A model generated the notes under the pieces. That model made no database searches. It saw only the letters and a program-made list of their open reading frames with translations, and was not told where the DNA came from. A program made the position numbers and the translations under genes. Positions 18,101-26,850 of a DNA stretch of 64,000 nucleotides are shown piece by piece; positions within the stretch are counted from its first letter, which is position 1, and each line of letters starts with the position of its first letter. The DNA comes from a virus. Where the stretch lies: positions 21,741 through 85,740 of the IMG/VR virus record IMGVR_UViG_3300046820_001584, one strand, 5' to 3'.

Positions 18101-20937
18101 GAAGCTTCTTGATTTAATACATATCCGCCAATTGGTACTGATCCCATTCTGTCATCATATGTAATTGATGCTGGACCAGTAACCCGTGTTTTATTTGAAC
18201 CAAATTCTTCAATTTTACCGCCCTCATTAAATCTAGGCTTTGTTGTTTGTATGCTGTATCCAGCACCTGAAGTTCTAACGCCAAGACCACGTGCAATAGA
18301 ATCTACAAGCTTGGAAGTTTCTGATTTATGGAAAAGTTCTTTCATGTTTGACTTTCCAGCTGCGCTTACAACTGGCTGAGTTGTTAATGGCACTGTAGTC
18401 AAACTAATAGTTCTTGCTTGAGCTGCTGCAACACCTTGTGCTGTTTGAACCATCATTGCTTCTACTTGTGCGTTTAATGCAAATATTTTAGCTCTTGCTG
18501 CTTCGACTGTAATCTTACCAGCTTGTAGCTGCTTAACAATTAAAGCGGTTTCGTCTGCTGCCAAAGAAGTTATCTTTGTCATTTGTGGAAGTAATGCTTG
18601 GTATGAATCTGCTAATGACGCAGTTACTGTTCCTGTAGCAGCAACTTCAGTTTTAAGTAATGCTAATTCTGCCTTTGACTGCATAGCAATTGCTGCTGTC
18701 ATAGAATGCCACTTTGCTGCTTCTGCTGCAACTATACCATTAGAGACTCCATTTACTGAAGTAACTCCAGGAATTCTTGGAAGATCGTCATTCATATATG
18801 TCTGTGGTGAATTTGAAAGTCTTAGGTTTACTGGCTTAGGGCCAGGCACTGTAGAGAATATTGTTTCACTTGCTCTTTGTTCTGCAGTTTTTGATCCAGT
18901 TGGAATAACATGAGACATGTCTCTTGAATAAGGTCTACCTACAAGAGGGTTATTTTTATCTACAATTCTTCCTCCACCTCGTGTAACTGGATTTCCAGCC
19001 ACGGTAGACATACTATTGTTTGTTGCAATAGTAGAAGACATAGCGCTTTGCTTTAGTTTGTCAAATGAGGCTGCTAAGGTTAAGACTGCATCTGAAAATG
19101 TTGCAGCTGCTTTTGTATCGCTGTAAAATGCTTGTTCTACAGTTTTAGCAGCTGACTCTGCTGCAATTAGTTCTGGTGTTAAAAGCTTAAATCCTGTTCC
19201 ACCCTTGCCAATATTTTTAAGTGCAAATATTCCTTTAATTATGTATCCAAAGAAGTTGGCAAGAACACCAGTTAACATAATGATTGGCCCAGCAATTGCT
19301 GTAAGGCTTCCAATAAATCCTAGAACTGCCTTAATCGGTCCAGGAAGGTTTCCTATAAACTTTACAATTCCATCAATTGCATTTAATACAAATGTTCCTA
19401 CCTTTAAGAACTGTTCTCCAATTACTGCGAGGTCTGCCTTTACAGCTTCGAGTGCTCTTCTATATTTACCAGAAGCAGACTCTGTCATTGCTGTTAATTC
19501 TCGCTCAGATATACTAGCCAAATCTTGTGTGCTAGCTTTCATTAAGTCTAGGACCTGAAGTGTTTGGCTTCCTTCTTTTCCTAGGTTTTCAAATAATGCA
19601 TTGATTCTTGCAAACTGGAACTTGCCAAATAGCTGTTCAATTGCTCTTGCTCTTTGTAGTGGTTGTAACGCATCTAACGAATCTTTAAGTGCCATAACTG
19701 TTCCAGTTAAGTTCCCAGCGTTTTTATCTACTATGCCAGCTAGATCAATACCAAATCCCATAAATTGTTCTTTAGCAACCTTAGTAGGATTAATAATAGA
19801 TGCAAGTGCTGACTTAAGAGCATTTGCACCTTCTGATGCATTGATTCCACCTTCACGCATTGCAGTTAAATAAAGTGCAAGATCTTGTACATCTCCGCCT
19901 AGAGCCTTTACTACTGGACCAGCTTTAGGAATCGCTTCAACTAAATCTGCAAGGCTTGTTGATGTTTGGTTTTCAACTGCGTTAAGGAAGTCAATTGATT
20001 CAGCCAACTGCTGTGTATTTTGACCAAAAGCTGTTTGGATAGAAAGTGTAGCTTTCATTGCTTCTTGTCTATCAACTTCTCCAAGAACTGCAAGTCTTGT
20101 AGTTTGTCTAGTAGAGTCTAGTAACTCAACTCCTTGCTTTCCAGTTGCTGCAATATCAGCCGCTAGTGCAATTGTTTCATTAAAGTTTGCACCTAATCCT
20201 GATGCTAATTCTCTTGATAATGCTGTAACATCTTTTCTAACTTGTAATAAATCTGCTGATGATGTTGCTGTTAATCCGCCATAAACCTTTGTAAGTCTTA
20301 CAAGCTCTTCGTCTGCTTGTCTAAATGCTTTTGCTGCAGCCATTCCAAATGCTGCCAATGGTACAGTAAGTCCTACAGTAAGCTGTCTACCTGCCCACTG
20401 AGTATTCTTACCCCAGTTAATAAGTTGATTAGATCCATCCATCATCACCTTGTTCATGATAGATAGTTCTTGTCTTAATAATGCTGATTTATTTTTTGTT
20501 GCATCTAGACCAGACTGAACCATAACATTGTATTGCATTAATCCTTGAGCATTTTTACCAAGTGGTTGAACTATGGCATTTTCAAGCATTACTTGTTGCT
20601 TAGCTAATTCTTTAACTAGTGTGCTAGTTTTTTGTGTATGACCCTGCCATGTTCTAAAATATTGGCCAAGCTTCATTCTACCGCTATCTAGATTTTGTCC
20701 AAACTTAGATACGTCTGATGTTAATGTTACAAAGTGTCTAGAGAACTGGCCAGTGGAGCGCATGGTTTCGTCAAACTGACGATTCATGACTCCAACCTGG
20801 CTAGTTAAATTTTTATTTAAACCAATTGTTGTAGCTTGAAGTTTTAGAAGTTGAGAGGTCACCGCTTGTAACTGCGCTGTTAGGCCACTAAAATTAGCCG
20901 TCGCAGTTATGTTGGTAACTATATTTTGATCTGCCAA
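12133..20937 (-). CDS. tape measure protein (TP901-type core) with inserted cargo domains
   Basis: 2934 aa; N-terminal TMP core (GRQLTVGLTVPL, EGANALKS), amphipathic segments, VGEKGPE/VGENGPE motifs; follows the chaperone genes. Confidence 0.92.
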   Translation of the reverse strand: MADQNIVTNITATANFSGLTAQLQAVTSQLLKLQATTIGLNKNLTSQVGVMNRQFDETMRSTGQFSRHFVTLTSDVSKFGQNLDSGRMKLGQYFRTWQGHTQKTSTLVKELAKQQVMLENAIVQPLGKNAQGLMQYNVMVQSGLDATKNKSALLRQELSIMNKVMMDGSNQLINWGKNTQWAGRQLTVGLTVPLAAFGMAAAKAFRQADEELVRLTKVYGGLTATSSADLLQVRKDVTALSRELASGLGANFNETIALAADIAATGKQGVELLDSTRQTTRLAVLGEVDRQEAMKATLSIQTAFGQNTQQLAESIDFLNAVENQTSTSLADLVEAIPKAGPVVKALGGDVQDLALYLTAMREGGINASEGANALKSALASIINPTKVAKEQFMGFGIDLAGIVDKNAGNLTGTVMALKDSLDALQPLQRARAIEQLFGKFQFARINALFENLGKEGSQTLQVLDLMKASTQDLASISERELTAMTESASGKYRRALEAVKADLAVIGEQFLKVGTFVLNAIDGIVKFIGNLPGPIKAVLGFIGSLTAIAGPIIMLTGVLANFFGYIIKGIFALKNIGKGGTGFKLLTPELIAAESAAKTVEQAFYSDTKAAATFSDAVLTLAASFDKLKQSAMSSTIATNNSMSTVAGNPVTRGGGRIVDKNNPLVGRPYSRDMSHVIPTGSKTAEQRASETIFSTVPGPKPVNLRLSNSPQTYMNDDLPRIPGVTSVNGVSNGIVAAEAAKWHSMTAAIAMQSKAELALLKTEVAATGTVTASLADSYQALLPQMTKITSLAADETALIVKQLQAGKITVEAARAKIFALNAQVEAMMVQTAQGVAAAQARTISLTTVPLTTQPVVSAAGKSNMKELFHKSETSKLVDSIARGLGVRTSGAGYSIQTTKPRFNEGGKIEEFGSNKTRVTGPASITYDDRMGSVPIGGYVLNQEASLDPRNAALVAAAPSTHKKSGSNITALLTPQETVFGPGIQNNPELFRAVDAANNGTPLQANMAGGNITLSRSSYGLVPPSAAIIRGLFTSNRTAYRKQLVLLAEKRNLQRAAVRERDAQYVGGYGSRSWLARGATTRAVLNDYIRSLPAGERRRAASLLEDFSGSIRTGRGGMDKGFARDTFTIEPGHLERGGALDKLLAKNKLPALDLERVTHATHLTRASVRNGRRFVSKYTVDYDSRSNLQANHGTLIAKNFLERNMSRTGKYDTIMQRSGVHRSKWADTEREIDAKIAASLKGKESKKIGDEKGDITFDSFIPFIDSSIVAAGGSAAKLKLLKRNVVERKNAGGMIGGTVTKGKRSYGRPLFLGIPKRFKDVELQRKARLTMEEINSGVQTSRFAGMPVTDFGKLISPSTGRSFPVPGIGGLYEKADGTRVFVKPVMDETAALAEQRATIIAREAHGLNAPKQEIRTMIDPTDPAGRRKLLVLESPYDEAFAKASGEFTKKDYFKQLVAANLRGDKDLSPDNLYGSTLNDVGTAGVFKTASGKRSYEENMISMKDQANINLLGVKGGARRFFAESTLAIPKGMTPKQYHKAMIDEIDDVLPRLKETVAKSLGKLNTEESAVYAAMIKRLEDGRRVNWEEFHGIHSAVKVSQSKALTPAALQKLKEEAELRIRQRGHAVSLSDNSFKTPLNGFNGGGSIGNVLKGLAMRRIGAGFGPTGAPKPSMYESAPWGVNSLSIEMANKLFANSGLRKNTQKLLYDKFAAALAKEKPYGYVKDAKGSLKNALEPASLDSVIRSAASDLFSDRNLIRQLSPIDKDILRKKYLNWDSKKDTPITAELKKTIFGIDGKREMGGPVSPGQNYIVGEKGPEIFSPSESGKIIPGFEAGGIIRRSKDYYGRKGNPAARAAQERAKAERAAAYVPAPVEAPERKPGPLTGSKTTVVGNGGVRTNTYGVQGSLPYMPGLTLGHAALNKTQAALLSASKQIEMALFAFGTSVKKDALTTGRVIKYSGDQLVVGARMLPGQIKSALNPLVTGIKYIGSQISTTAKAVGTQIKAAGSYLKGFAASPPPVAPGAYGGATLRQNFAANARYTTSNMLHPMQYMKNKGLINPATFGQGAVGSTVGMMGGMAVGGAVGGKLGGETGAMMGSMAGMMGGQSIMKGIGGKIATRAAASAATAGLASAGFGATAAAAAGLVAPLAAVTAAGYAGYKMWQHYKKGQELNVSTFGMTAEAAKKANLRFTDFGSKIKDTIQNSKDLADANRLVYESMKDGGTPFQMTIAEYKKLKVEVKETFKEQIDALDRQPSTKVPDAVRRIKEQLIAAGMSAEDATKKVYTMLQLSNKKDQAITATMGNVDFKAITDPQSAAVSAVTSFGKDTKDQGNKEKAASLNTALMATETGINDLIAKRERLVAKDLTGKTKSLSFAEAEKIMIDQINKSKEAGTVITQGTIDEMAKTNPEVKKMINGSDTVVSVWQKIRLQAKGFTGDLSQLNAAQTQLISDSFNAIATAVVATNSSKDGMLSKQYSALGKLEDQIKSYTKALKGQTVSQQISDREKISGLNKQIEANNKLADARKKALTAAQADADLGRQIEKTRLEMQNASATGDTQKAQELRLDLETLTTTQQTESQTKAIDKANEAANAPLKAAIEAMGNKQQKLADSAALAGESLDKVRGKYDEQKAAIDKVNNSMTALYGNAAAAGQSVEEYVKANKEAASGLVAAVEAATGQKMARYTETKAYEGGTLVTKKVPVTPQANALAILAKSGAGSPVNDALANSIKGGATLKDVVDAVKGKTPGSAALRKDIKVTGNYASQMEDKTFDGKKVQVLNAEARDAIRKRLDLQVGETFLFGGQKYGMNSTGGTPIWHAPKPKKAATGVMGGKGMFLVGENGPEFVHLKNRANIMPNDVMNTLAAASPRYNFNKAQYSLKDGSASGNSYVVNQNIYASEGMDVEALSNMIVKKAEIVIGQKAKINVKMVGQGKNI

Positions 20938-20941
20938 CTAC

Positions 20942-21307
20942 CTACTCCTTTTGGTATCCAAGTCCTGCTCCGATACCGAACCCTGCTTCTGAAGCAAACT
21001 GACCTTGTAGTGAAACAACATCTGATGCATCTGCAGATATTCCAAGAGCTCTTCTTCTTACATCTTCAAAGCTACTTGTTTCTTCTTGTTCTCCACCATC
21101 AAGCTCTATGCCTTGAATGGAGGCCAGAAACTTTCTTTTTTCTGATTCAGACTTTTGCATTGATTTAAAAGTTTGAATCAACTCTGGCATTGAAAGACTG
21201 TCTTCCAATTCCTCATAATTCTTATAGTTGCCTATTAAGAATACTTCTCCTTCTAGTGCAGCTAGATCTAGTTCTGACCAGCTAGAACCGCTGCTGCTAG
21301 CAAATTT
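20942..21307 (-). CDS. tail assembly chaperone, second (frameshifted) ORF
   Basis: -1 frame open from the slippery site: ...WSELDLAALEGEVFLIGNYKNYEELEDSLSMPEL...; no good own start. Confidence 0.7.
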   Translation of the reverse strand, partial: KFASSSGSSWSELDLAALEGEVFLIGNYKNYEELEDSLSMPELIQTFKSMQKSESEKRKFLASIQGIELDGGEQEETSSFEDVRRRALGISADASDVVSLQGQFASEAGFGIGAGLGYQKE

Positions 21308-21600
21308 GGATCATCCATCTTGATGCCACCGCAAATTTCAAGAATGCGATTGATTGTTGGAACATCAAGGGTGTCTTCAAATGCGTCTCTATCTTTTACC
21401 AAATCTGGCAGTTGCTTTTCTAATGCTACTGCACAAGCGTCGATAAGAATGGTTAGTGTCTCGTCTTCTGTAGTTACTTCTGCTGTCTTTGCGATAGCCG
21501 CCATAAACTTTCTAAGCTCTTTAATTGTTAAAGGCTTTAGCTTTACGGTTGCACCATTTTGCAGTTGAATCTCTTCTACATCATATACTGTTGTTGCCAA
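21268..21600 (-). CDS. tail assembly chaperone
   Basis: Lies between tail tube and TMP; LKPLTIKELRKFM; TTG start with AGGAGG. Confidence 0.8.
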   Translation of the reverse strand: MATTVYDVEEIQLQNGATVKLKPLTIKELRKFMAAIAKTAEVTTEDETLTILIDACAVALEKQLPDLVKDRDAFEDTLDVPTINRILEICGGIKMDDPNLLAAAVLAGQN

Positions 21601-21663
21601 TTTAAATCCTCCTAGGATCTCGTCTTAATTATTGTATCATATCAGAATTACCAATACAATGTT

Positions 21664-21693
21664 AAAACCCCCCTAATTTCTTAGGGGGGTTTT
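21664..21693. terminator. intrinsic terminator after major tail gene
   Basis: AAAACCCCCCTAA-TTTC-TTAGGGGGGTTTT. Confidence 0.8.
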
Positions 21694-21712
21694 ATTAATT
21701 AATAAAAATTAA

Positions 21713-22450
21713 TTATGCTGAGTGTGATGAGATGACACGGTCAATAATTAGTCCGTATTCCTGACCTGACTTAGCGCCGTCTGGAAGCAAACGGAATGTT
21801 ACTGGGAATGTTGATGCTGCGTTACGAGCCAAAGAGAACTGTGACTGTTGTACAGAAAGAACACGACGTGCATAATATACACGCTCAGTAATCAAACCAA
21901 GTGTACCGTCAGATGCTGCTGAACCACCTTGTGGTGCTGCACCGACTGCAACTAATTGACGCTCATTTGGAGCCTGTCCAAGAGCACCAGCTTCTAGTCC
22001 AAGTGTACGCTTTGCAGCTGCACCTGTTCCTGAATCTGCGAGAGTTGATGTTCCCTGACCAAATACAGCAAGAATGTTCTCTAGAGTACCTTCTGCCATT
22101 TCTGTAGCGATCATAACTTCCATTGACTCCTTGAAAAGCTTTGCTGTATCAAGAAGCTGATCTACTGTTACTGAACCGTATGATGGGTTGTAAGTAATCT
22201 GAAGACCGTTGTTTGTGTAACCTACGTTACGGAATTTGTTTGTTGCGTCTGCATTAAGAGTTTCTGTGTAAGACTTTCCTGCTGTCTTAACTACTGGGGT
22301 TCCAGTTGAAGTTTCGTTTTCGAAAGCTACACCAGATACTGAACCAGGCTCCATGTTTTCTACATATCCTGCTGTTGTGATGTCCTTAGTAGACAAGAAG
22401 AGCGGTGAAGCTCCAACAAGAATATTCTTAGCATTGTTATACTTTGCCAT
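21713..22450 (-). CDS. major tail (tube) protein
   Basis: NILVGA, GYTNNGLQITY, FPVTFRLLP; position; strong RBS and terminator. Confidence 0.8.
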   Translation of the reverse strand: MAKYNNAKNILVGASPLFLSTKDITTAGYVENMEPGSVSGVAFENETSTGTPVVKTAGKSYTETLNADATNKFRNVGYTNNGLQITYNPSYGSVTVDQLLDTAKLFKESMEVMIATEMAEGTLENILAVFGQGTSTLADSGTGAAAKRTLGLEAGALGQAPNERQLVAVGAAPQGGSAASDGTLGLITERVYYARRVLSVQQSQFSLARNAASTFPVTFRLLPDGAKSGQEYGLIIDRVISSHSA

Positions 22451-22573
22451 GTTGTACTACCTCCATTATTAAATAAATATATATATATTGACTTACTGTA
22501 AATCTTTAAAGCAAGCTGGCTAGGCTCATTTCCTCTTGGTATAAGTTTATCTTACAATCAACTAAAAGGCAAA

Positions 22574-23080
22574 CTAATCGAATCTGCCTCTAGAGGTGAC
22601 TGTCCTAGAGTATTTGACTTCTAATATAACGTCTGCGGAGAGGAAGCCTGCTAGCTCCTCTGATGGCTCTGTAGGAGACATGTCTACAATCATTGTATTG
22701 TGGAATATTATTTTGTCCGTAGACTTTGACCTATTTAGGTCTTTAGCAGAATCGTCCATTCTTCTAAATACATCAAGCATCATATTTCTAATAGAGTTTA
22801 TTTCAGAATAGTCAACTGAGTATATTGTAAATGATAGTTTTTCACAACAGATCATCCAATTCTCTTCATAGCTTGTGCCAATTTTGTCATACACTATATG
22901 AGTCTTGCCGCTTAAAAATTGATTCATTTCTGGTGCTTGCTGCACGGGGATAATAGGGATAATTGTTTCTCCTATGTTATCGCTGTAATATGAATTTGGG
23001 TCTAGCATATTATTTACTTGAATTTGTTGCCATAGGTGCTTTCTTATTTCATACATTGCATCTATATTATAATCTGTCAT
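22574..23080 (-). CDS. putative tail terminator/completion protein
   Basis: Size and position directly upstream of the tail tube gene. Confidence 0.55.
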   Translation of the reverse strand: MTDYNIDAMYEIRKHLWQQIQVNNMLDPNSYYSDNIGETIIPIIPVQQAPEMNQFLSGKTHIVYDKIGTSYEENWMICCEKLSFTIYSVDYSEINSIRNMMLDVFRRMDDSAKDLNRSKSTDKIIFHNTMIVDMSPTEPSEELAGFLSADVILEVKYSRTVTSRGRFD

Positions 23081-23874
23081 TATGCTGCCCCTCCAAATTG
23101 CTCAGTCAATGCTGAGTCTGCCTGTAGTCTAATTGTACCTGGACTAAAAGAATAACGCACCTTGGCAATAGAGGAAGGAACTCTCATTGCTTTTTCAAAT
23201 TTAGATCCGAATAGATTTTGAAAGCCAGAGGCTTTTATAGAATTAGATACTAGTGGACCACTAAAATATCTGCTATAGGTAAGGTCAAATTGGTTAGTTG
23301 AAGCTCTTCCTCCAGGACTTCTTACTGTAACTGATTTACCCTTTGGCATAAAAACTACTTCTCCGTCAATCTCAAACACTAGTCTTTCTGCTGATTTAGG
23401 CCTTATAATAATTGGCATTCCTTTTTCCATTACAGCAGCTTTATTTGCAAAGACATATCGGCTTTTTTGTTTTCTATTTTTTGTTGGGACCGATGTTCTA
23501 GATATCTTAAGGTCATAGTTTATTTTAAATGAAAGACCAAGTGAATCTATCTTATTGAGTCTAAATAGCCTGTTTGTTGCTTGGCCAGTTTTATTCCATT
23601 CGTAAACATGATGTAATGATTTAGGCTTTGTACGTGCTTGAGAATCTATAAATAGCCCAAAATCTTTATCTATCTGATTAAATACTGTAGTTTTAAAAAG
23701 TTTTTGGAATGCTTTATTAGATGTAAGCTTTGCCGCAACATTTGCTTGATAGTATAAGAATGCAGATATCTGTGCAACATTACTATCTTTTAAAACTCCA
23801 ACCGCTGTTGATCCAACCATTAATCTTTCTAGGCCAGAAGCTGCTTGCAATAGTGCTACTCCGTTAGTCTCCAA
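23080..23874 (-). CDS. neck/tail-completion region protein
   Basis: LHHVYEW motif; position in head-tail joining block. Confidence 0.5.
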   Translation of the reverse strand: METNGVALLQAASGLERLMVGSTAVGVLKDSNVAQISAFLYYQANVAAKLTSNKAFQKLFKTTVFNQIDKDFGLFIDSQARTKPKSLHHVYEWNKTGQATNRLFRLNKIDSLGLSFKINYDLKISRTSVPTKNRKQKSRYVFANKAAVMEKGMPIIIRPKSAERLVFEIDGEVVFMPKGKSVTVRSPGGRASTNQFDLTYSRYFSGPLVSNSIKASGFQNLFGSKFEKAMRVPSSIAKVRYSFSPGTIRLQADSALTEQFGGAA

Positions 23875-24292
23875 TTATCTGATTCTCCGACCTTTTGGCA
23901 ATTGAGTTATATGCCATAAGTGTTCCAAACGGATCTGTGATTGGTGTTGAGCTTACTATTTCAAATACTGTTGGTGTATCATTTGGGTAGTTTAATTCAA
24001 ACCATATTACATTATTTGATGAATCTTTAATGTTAGTTATCTTTTGTCTGTATGTAATTGGGGTTTGTGTTCTAACTTCTATTGTTTGAGTATTTTCATA
24101 TTTAGTTGATATAGACCTATTGTCTCCGCTTCTTGCAGTAGATGAATTAGATATCATTCCTTTTGCAAAGCACGGGATAGTCTTTTGATATATCCAAGAC
24201 TTTTTGATAGCACCAGTATTTGGGTCCTGGTAATCTTCTTGCAGATATATATCTACTTTCATATTGAAAATAGAATCAACTAAATTGTTCAT
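23864..24292 (-). CDS. putative head closure (stopper) protein
   Basis: 142-aa beta-rich ORF after the adaptor. Confidence 0.55.
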   Translation of the reverse strand: MNNLVDSIFNMKVDIYLQEDYQDPNTGAIKKSWIYQKTIPCFAKGMISNSSTARSGDNRSISTKYENTQTIEVRTQTPITYRQKITNIKDSSNNVIWFELNYPNDTPTVFEIVSSTPITDPFGTLMAYNSIAKRSENQIIGD

Positions 24293-24293
24293 G

Positions 24294-25274
24294 TTAAATA
24301 ACTACCATTTTGTTTGTGACATATGGAAGCAATAGCTGATCTGCATAATTATTGCCTGTTCCACTAAAAGCAGATGTATCGTATTGGAACTGCCAGTCAA
24401 ATGTCTGTATGCTCTTGATATACTTATTGCGCCACTCTTTATCTTTAGAGAAAAAGTCTTTCATTAATTCAATACATGCAAGCTCAACTTCATCTGGTAC
24501 ATATTGCCAGCCATATCTCCCAGCTACTCTGTATGTTCCTCCATTTACAAAGATACCTCTTCCAGTATCATTAATACTTGGGGGGATCATGCCATTTGCA
24601 TAATATACTACATTGTCTAGAGCATTTGATCTATCAACCTTTAATCCAAATCCACTTTCAGATACTGAAACTGGCATATTTAAATTATTAATGTTATTAA
24701 TAGTGTCAACTAGAAGCATGTCATTTAAATAAAGCTCATGCAGCTGATTAATCTTTTGAGGAAGCGGAAGAACATCTGCTCCAGTAGAATAAACAACGTT
24801 TACGTCGTCATACAGATGGAACTGTTGTCCCGTATAGTTTTCAATTAATTTTCTTGCATATCTTTCTGCAGCAACTAAATCAGCAAATGTTCTGTAATTT
24901 GGGTCAGACTGATCGAAACCAAATCCTAGTGCATCTGCGGCCTGAGTTAAATCGGTATACGGAGTAACAACAAAGAGCTTGTGCTCTTTTGTTACTAGTT
25001 GTCCTTCAACCCGATATTCCCATACTAACTTCAATGATCTTGGTCTGTTTGTAAGAGACAATGGTGGGTATACGCTGTATACTCCAAAATCTGTATCAAT
25101 CTCTTCTGCCGTTTGAGTATGCAAAACGGTAGATGGAATTATAGATGGAGCAACCGCTGGGTCTTCAGTTATGTCGTAAAACTTAACAGTTGGTAAAGAG
25201 TCCGCCTTGGCTATGCCACCCTTCCAAAAAACTCTTTGCTTTACTGGAGCATTTGTTCCTACTATAATTTCCAT
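24294..25274 (-). CDS. head-to-tail adaptor
   Basis: ARKLIENYTGQQF, RYGWQYVPDEVELACIEL, TGNNYADQLL motifs. Confidence 0.7.
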   Translation of the reverse strand: MEIIVGTNAPVKQRVFWKGGIAKADSLPTVKFYDITEDPAVAPSIIPSTVLHTQTAEEIDTDFGVYSVYPPLSLTNRPRSLKLVWEYRVEGQLVTKEHKLFVVTPYTDLTQAADALGFGFDQSDPNYRTFADLVAAERYARKLIENYTGQQFHLYDDVNVVYSTGADVLPLPQKINQLHELYLNDMLLVDTINNINNLNMPVSVSESGFGLKVDRSNALDNVVYYANGMIPPSINDTGRGIFVNGGTYRVAGRYGWQYVPDEVELACIELMKDFFSKDKEWRNKYIKSIQTFDWQFQYDTSAFSGTGNNYADQLLLPYVTNKMVVI

Positions 25275-25289
25275 TTTGTGTGGTTAAGA

Positions 25290-25685
25290 TTAGCCGTAAT
25301 AATCCTGTACTTCTTTTGGTGTGGCTAAACGAAACCCCTCCTCTATATCAAAAATTGCTTGAGCAGAGTCTTTATGCATTGCTACAAATGGGTGGTCCTG
25401 TGTGAACGTATGTCCCAAGATATCATACCTAAAGTTTGCTCTTGTCATTCTAACTAGCACAGTATCTTCTGTACGCTCTGCCTTTGGATCAAATACTGGG
25501 AGGATTTCAATTTCCTCTTTTGCATCTTCTACATCCTTTAGTGTCTTAGCATACACTTCGTATGTGACACCTTCTTCTGCTAGTGCTGCAATTATGTCCT
25601 GCTTGTTCTTAAGTCCTTCTGTTTCAACTGCAAAATCTTCTGCAATTGCTTTTAGCTCTCCGACCTTTAATGTGTCAAAAGACAT
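25290..25685 (-). CDS. Rho-N/SAP-like domain protein
   Basis: LKVGELKAIAEDF...KNKQDIIAAL; follows the capsid gene. Confidence 0.6.
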   Translation of the reverse strand: MSFDTLKVGELKAIAEDFAVETEGLKNKQDIIAALAEEGVTYEVYAKTLKDVEDAKEEIEILPVFDPKAERTEDTVLVRMTRANFRYDILGHTFTQDHPFVAMHKDSAQAIFDIEEGFRLATPKEVQDYYG

Positions 25686-25736
25686 TTATTACTCCTTTTT
25701 CTAGGTAAAACCATTATAGCATTGTATAATTAAAAT

Positions 25737-25768
25737 GAAAAGCCCCCAAAATTAATTGGGGGCTTTTC
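25737..25768. terminator. intrinsic terminator after capsid gene
   Basis: GAAAAGCCCCCAA-aattaa-TTGGGGGCTTTTC. Confidence 0.8.
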
Positions 25769-25784
25769 TGAGATTAATTCCTAA

Positions 25785-26834
25785 TTAGGAAGCAACCTTA
25801 ACGTTCTTTACAACTACCCAAGCGTCTGCTTGCTCAATTTGAACACCAACACGAGTATACATTGTGTACTCGATTGAGTCCTTACGTGGCCAGAAGAAGC
25901 GGTAAACTGTTACGTCACGCTTTACACCAATTACCACGTTGTTAGGGAATGTCAAGTGGACATCTCCGTGTGATCCTGATGGGCTTGCGTATGAACCAGT
26001 CTGTGTCTCTGGAAGAAGTGGAACTTCAACGATTGGAATACCAAATGCGTATGGAGCTACATATCCTGCTGGACCACCTAGAACAGGAACATCACCACGA
26101 ATAATGCCAGAGGCAATATCTTGTGGAGTAACGTTCTGGATGTTCTGTGAGTTTGAGTACAAGTAATCTTGGATCAAGTTTGATCCTGCAAGGAAGCGAA
26201 GGTCTGTACGACGCTGCTTATACTTACGTGGAAGAGCCTTAAGAGCTGAGTTGAATACAGCACGAGAAATTCCCGCACCTGCTGCATCGACTACACGACC
26301 AGAGGTCTTAGCCTTCTTGACTACACCGTCGAATGACTTGTATAGTGCATCGCTTGAAAGTGCTGTATCACCGTTAAGAATAACATCTTCGATGTCATTT
26401 CCTGCCTGTGTTGCCATCAAACGTGCAATGTGATCTTCAAGATCAGCACCTTCAATGTTGTCTTCTAGAGACTCAGTTGAAAGTTCCCAATCCATGCGAA
26501 GCTTCTTTGTTGTTAGAGAGATCTTTGAGAAAGTTACAGCTGAGTTAACACCTGTATTGTCTCCTTCGGATGCAAGCTTAACAAGCTTTTCTCCTACTGA
26601 CATACGATCAATCTCTGTTGTGTCTGACTTCATTCGAACTGTACGTGCGACTTTTCCAATTACGGTTGAATCGAACATATAGTCTAGGAAGCGAGCTGAT
26701 TGTTCTGGATTTAGAAGACCACCGTTGCCGTTTTCAGACGCTGTGTGTACTCCTGCTCCACCTGTTGTTGATGCAAAACCAGCGGTGGCTGTTGTGCCTG
26801 CTGCAATTGCTTTTTCTAATGTTTCATTGCTCAT
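25785..26834 (-). CDS. major capsid protein (HK97 fold)
   Basis: GGLLNPEQSARF, ESLEDNIEG, DIEDVILNGD; biased codon use; follows protease. Confidence 0.9.
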   Translation of the reverse strand: MSNETLEKAIAAGTTATAGFASTTGGAGVHTASENGNGGLLNPEQSARFLDYMFDSTVIGKVARTVRMKSDTTEIDRMSVGEKLVKLASEGDNTGVNSAVTFSKISLTTKKLRMDWELSTESLEDNIEGADLEDHIARLMATQAGNDIEDVILNGDTALSSDALYKSFDGVVKKAKTSGRVVDAAGAGISRAVFNSALKALPRKYKQRRTDLRFLAGSNLIQDYLYSNSQNIQNVTPQDIASGIIRGDVPVLGGPAGYVAPYAFGIPIVEVPLLPETQTGSYASPSGSHGDVHLTFPNNVVIGVKRDVTVYRFFWPRKDSIEYTMYTRVGVQIEQADAWVVVKNVKVAS

Positions 26835-26850
26835 TATAATTTCACCTACC

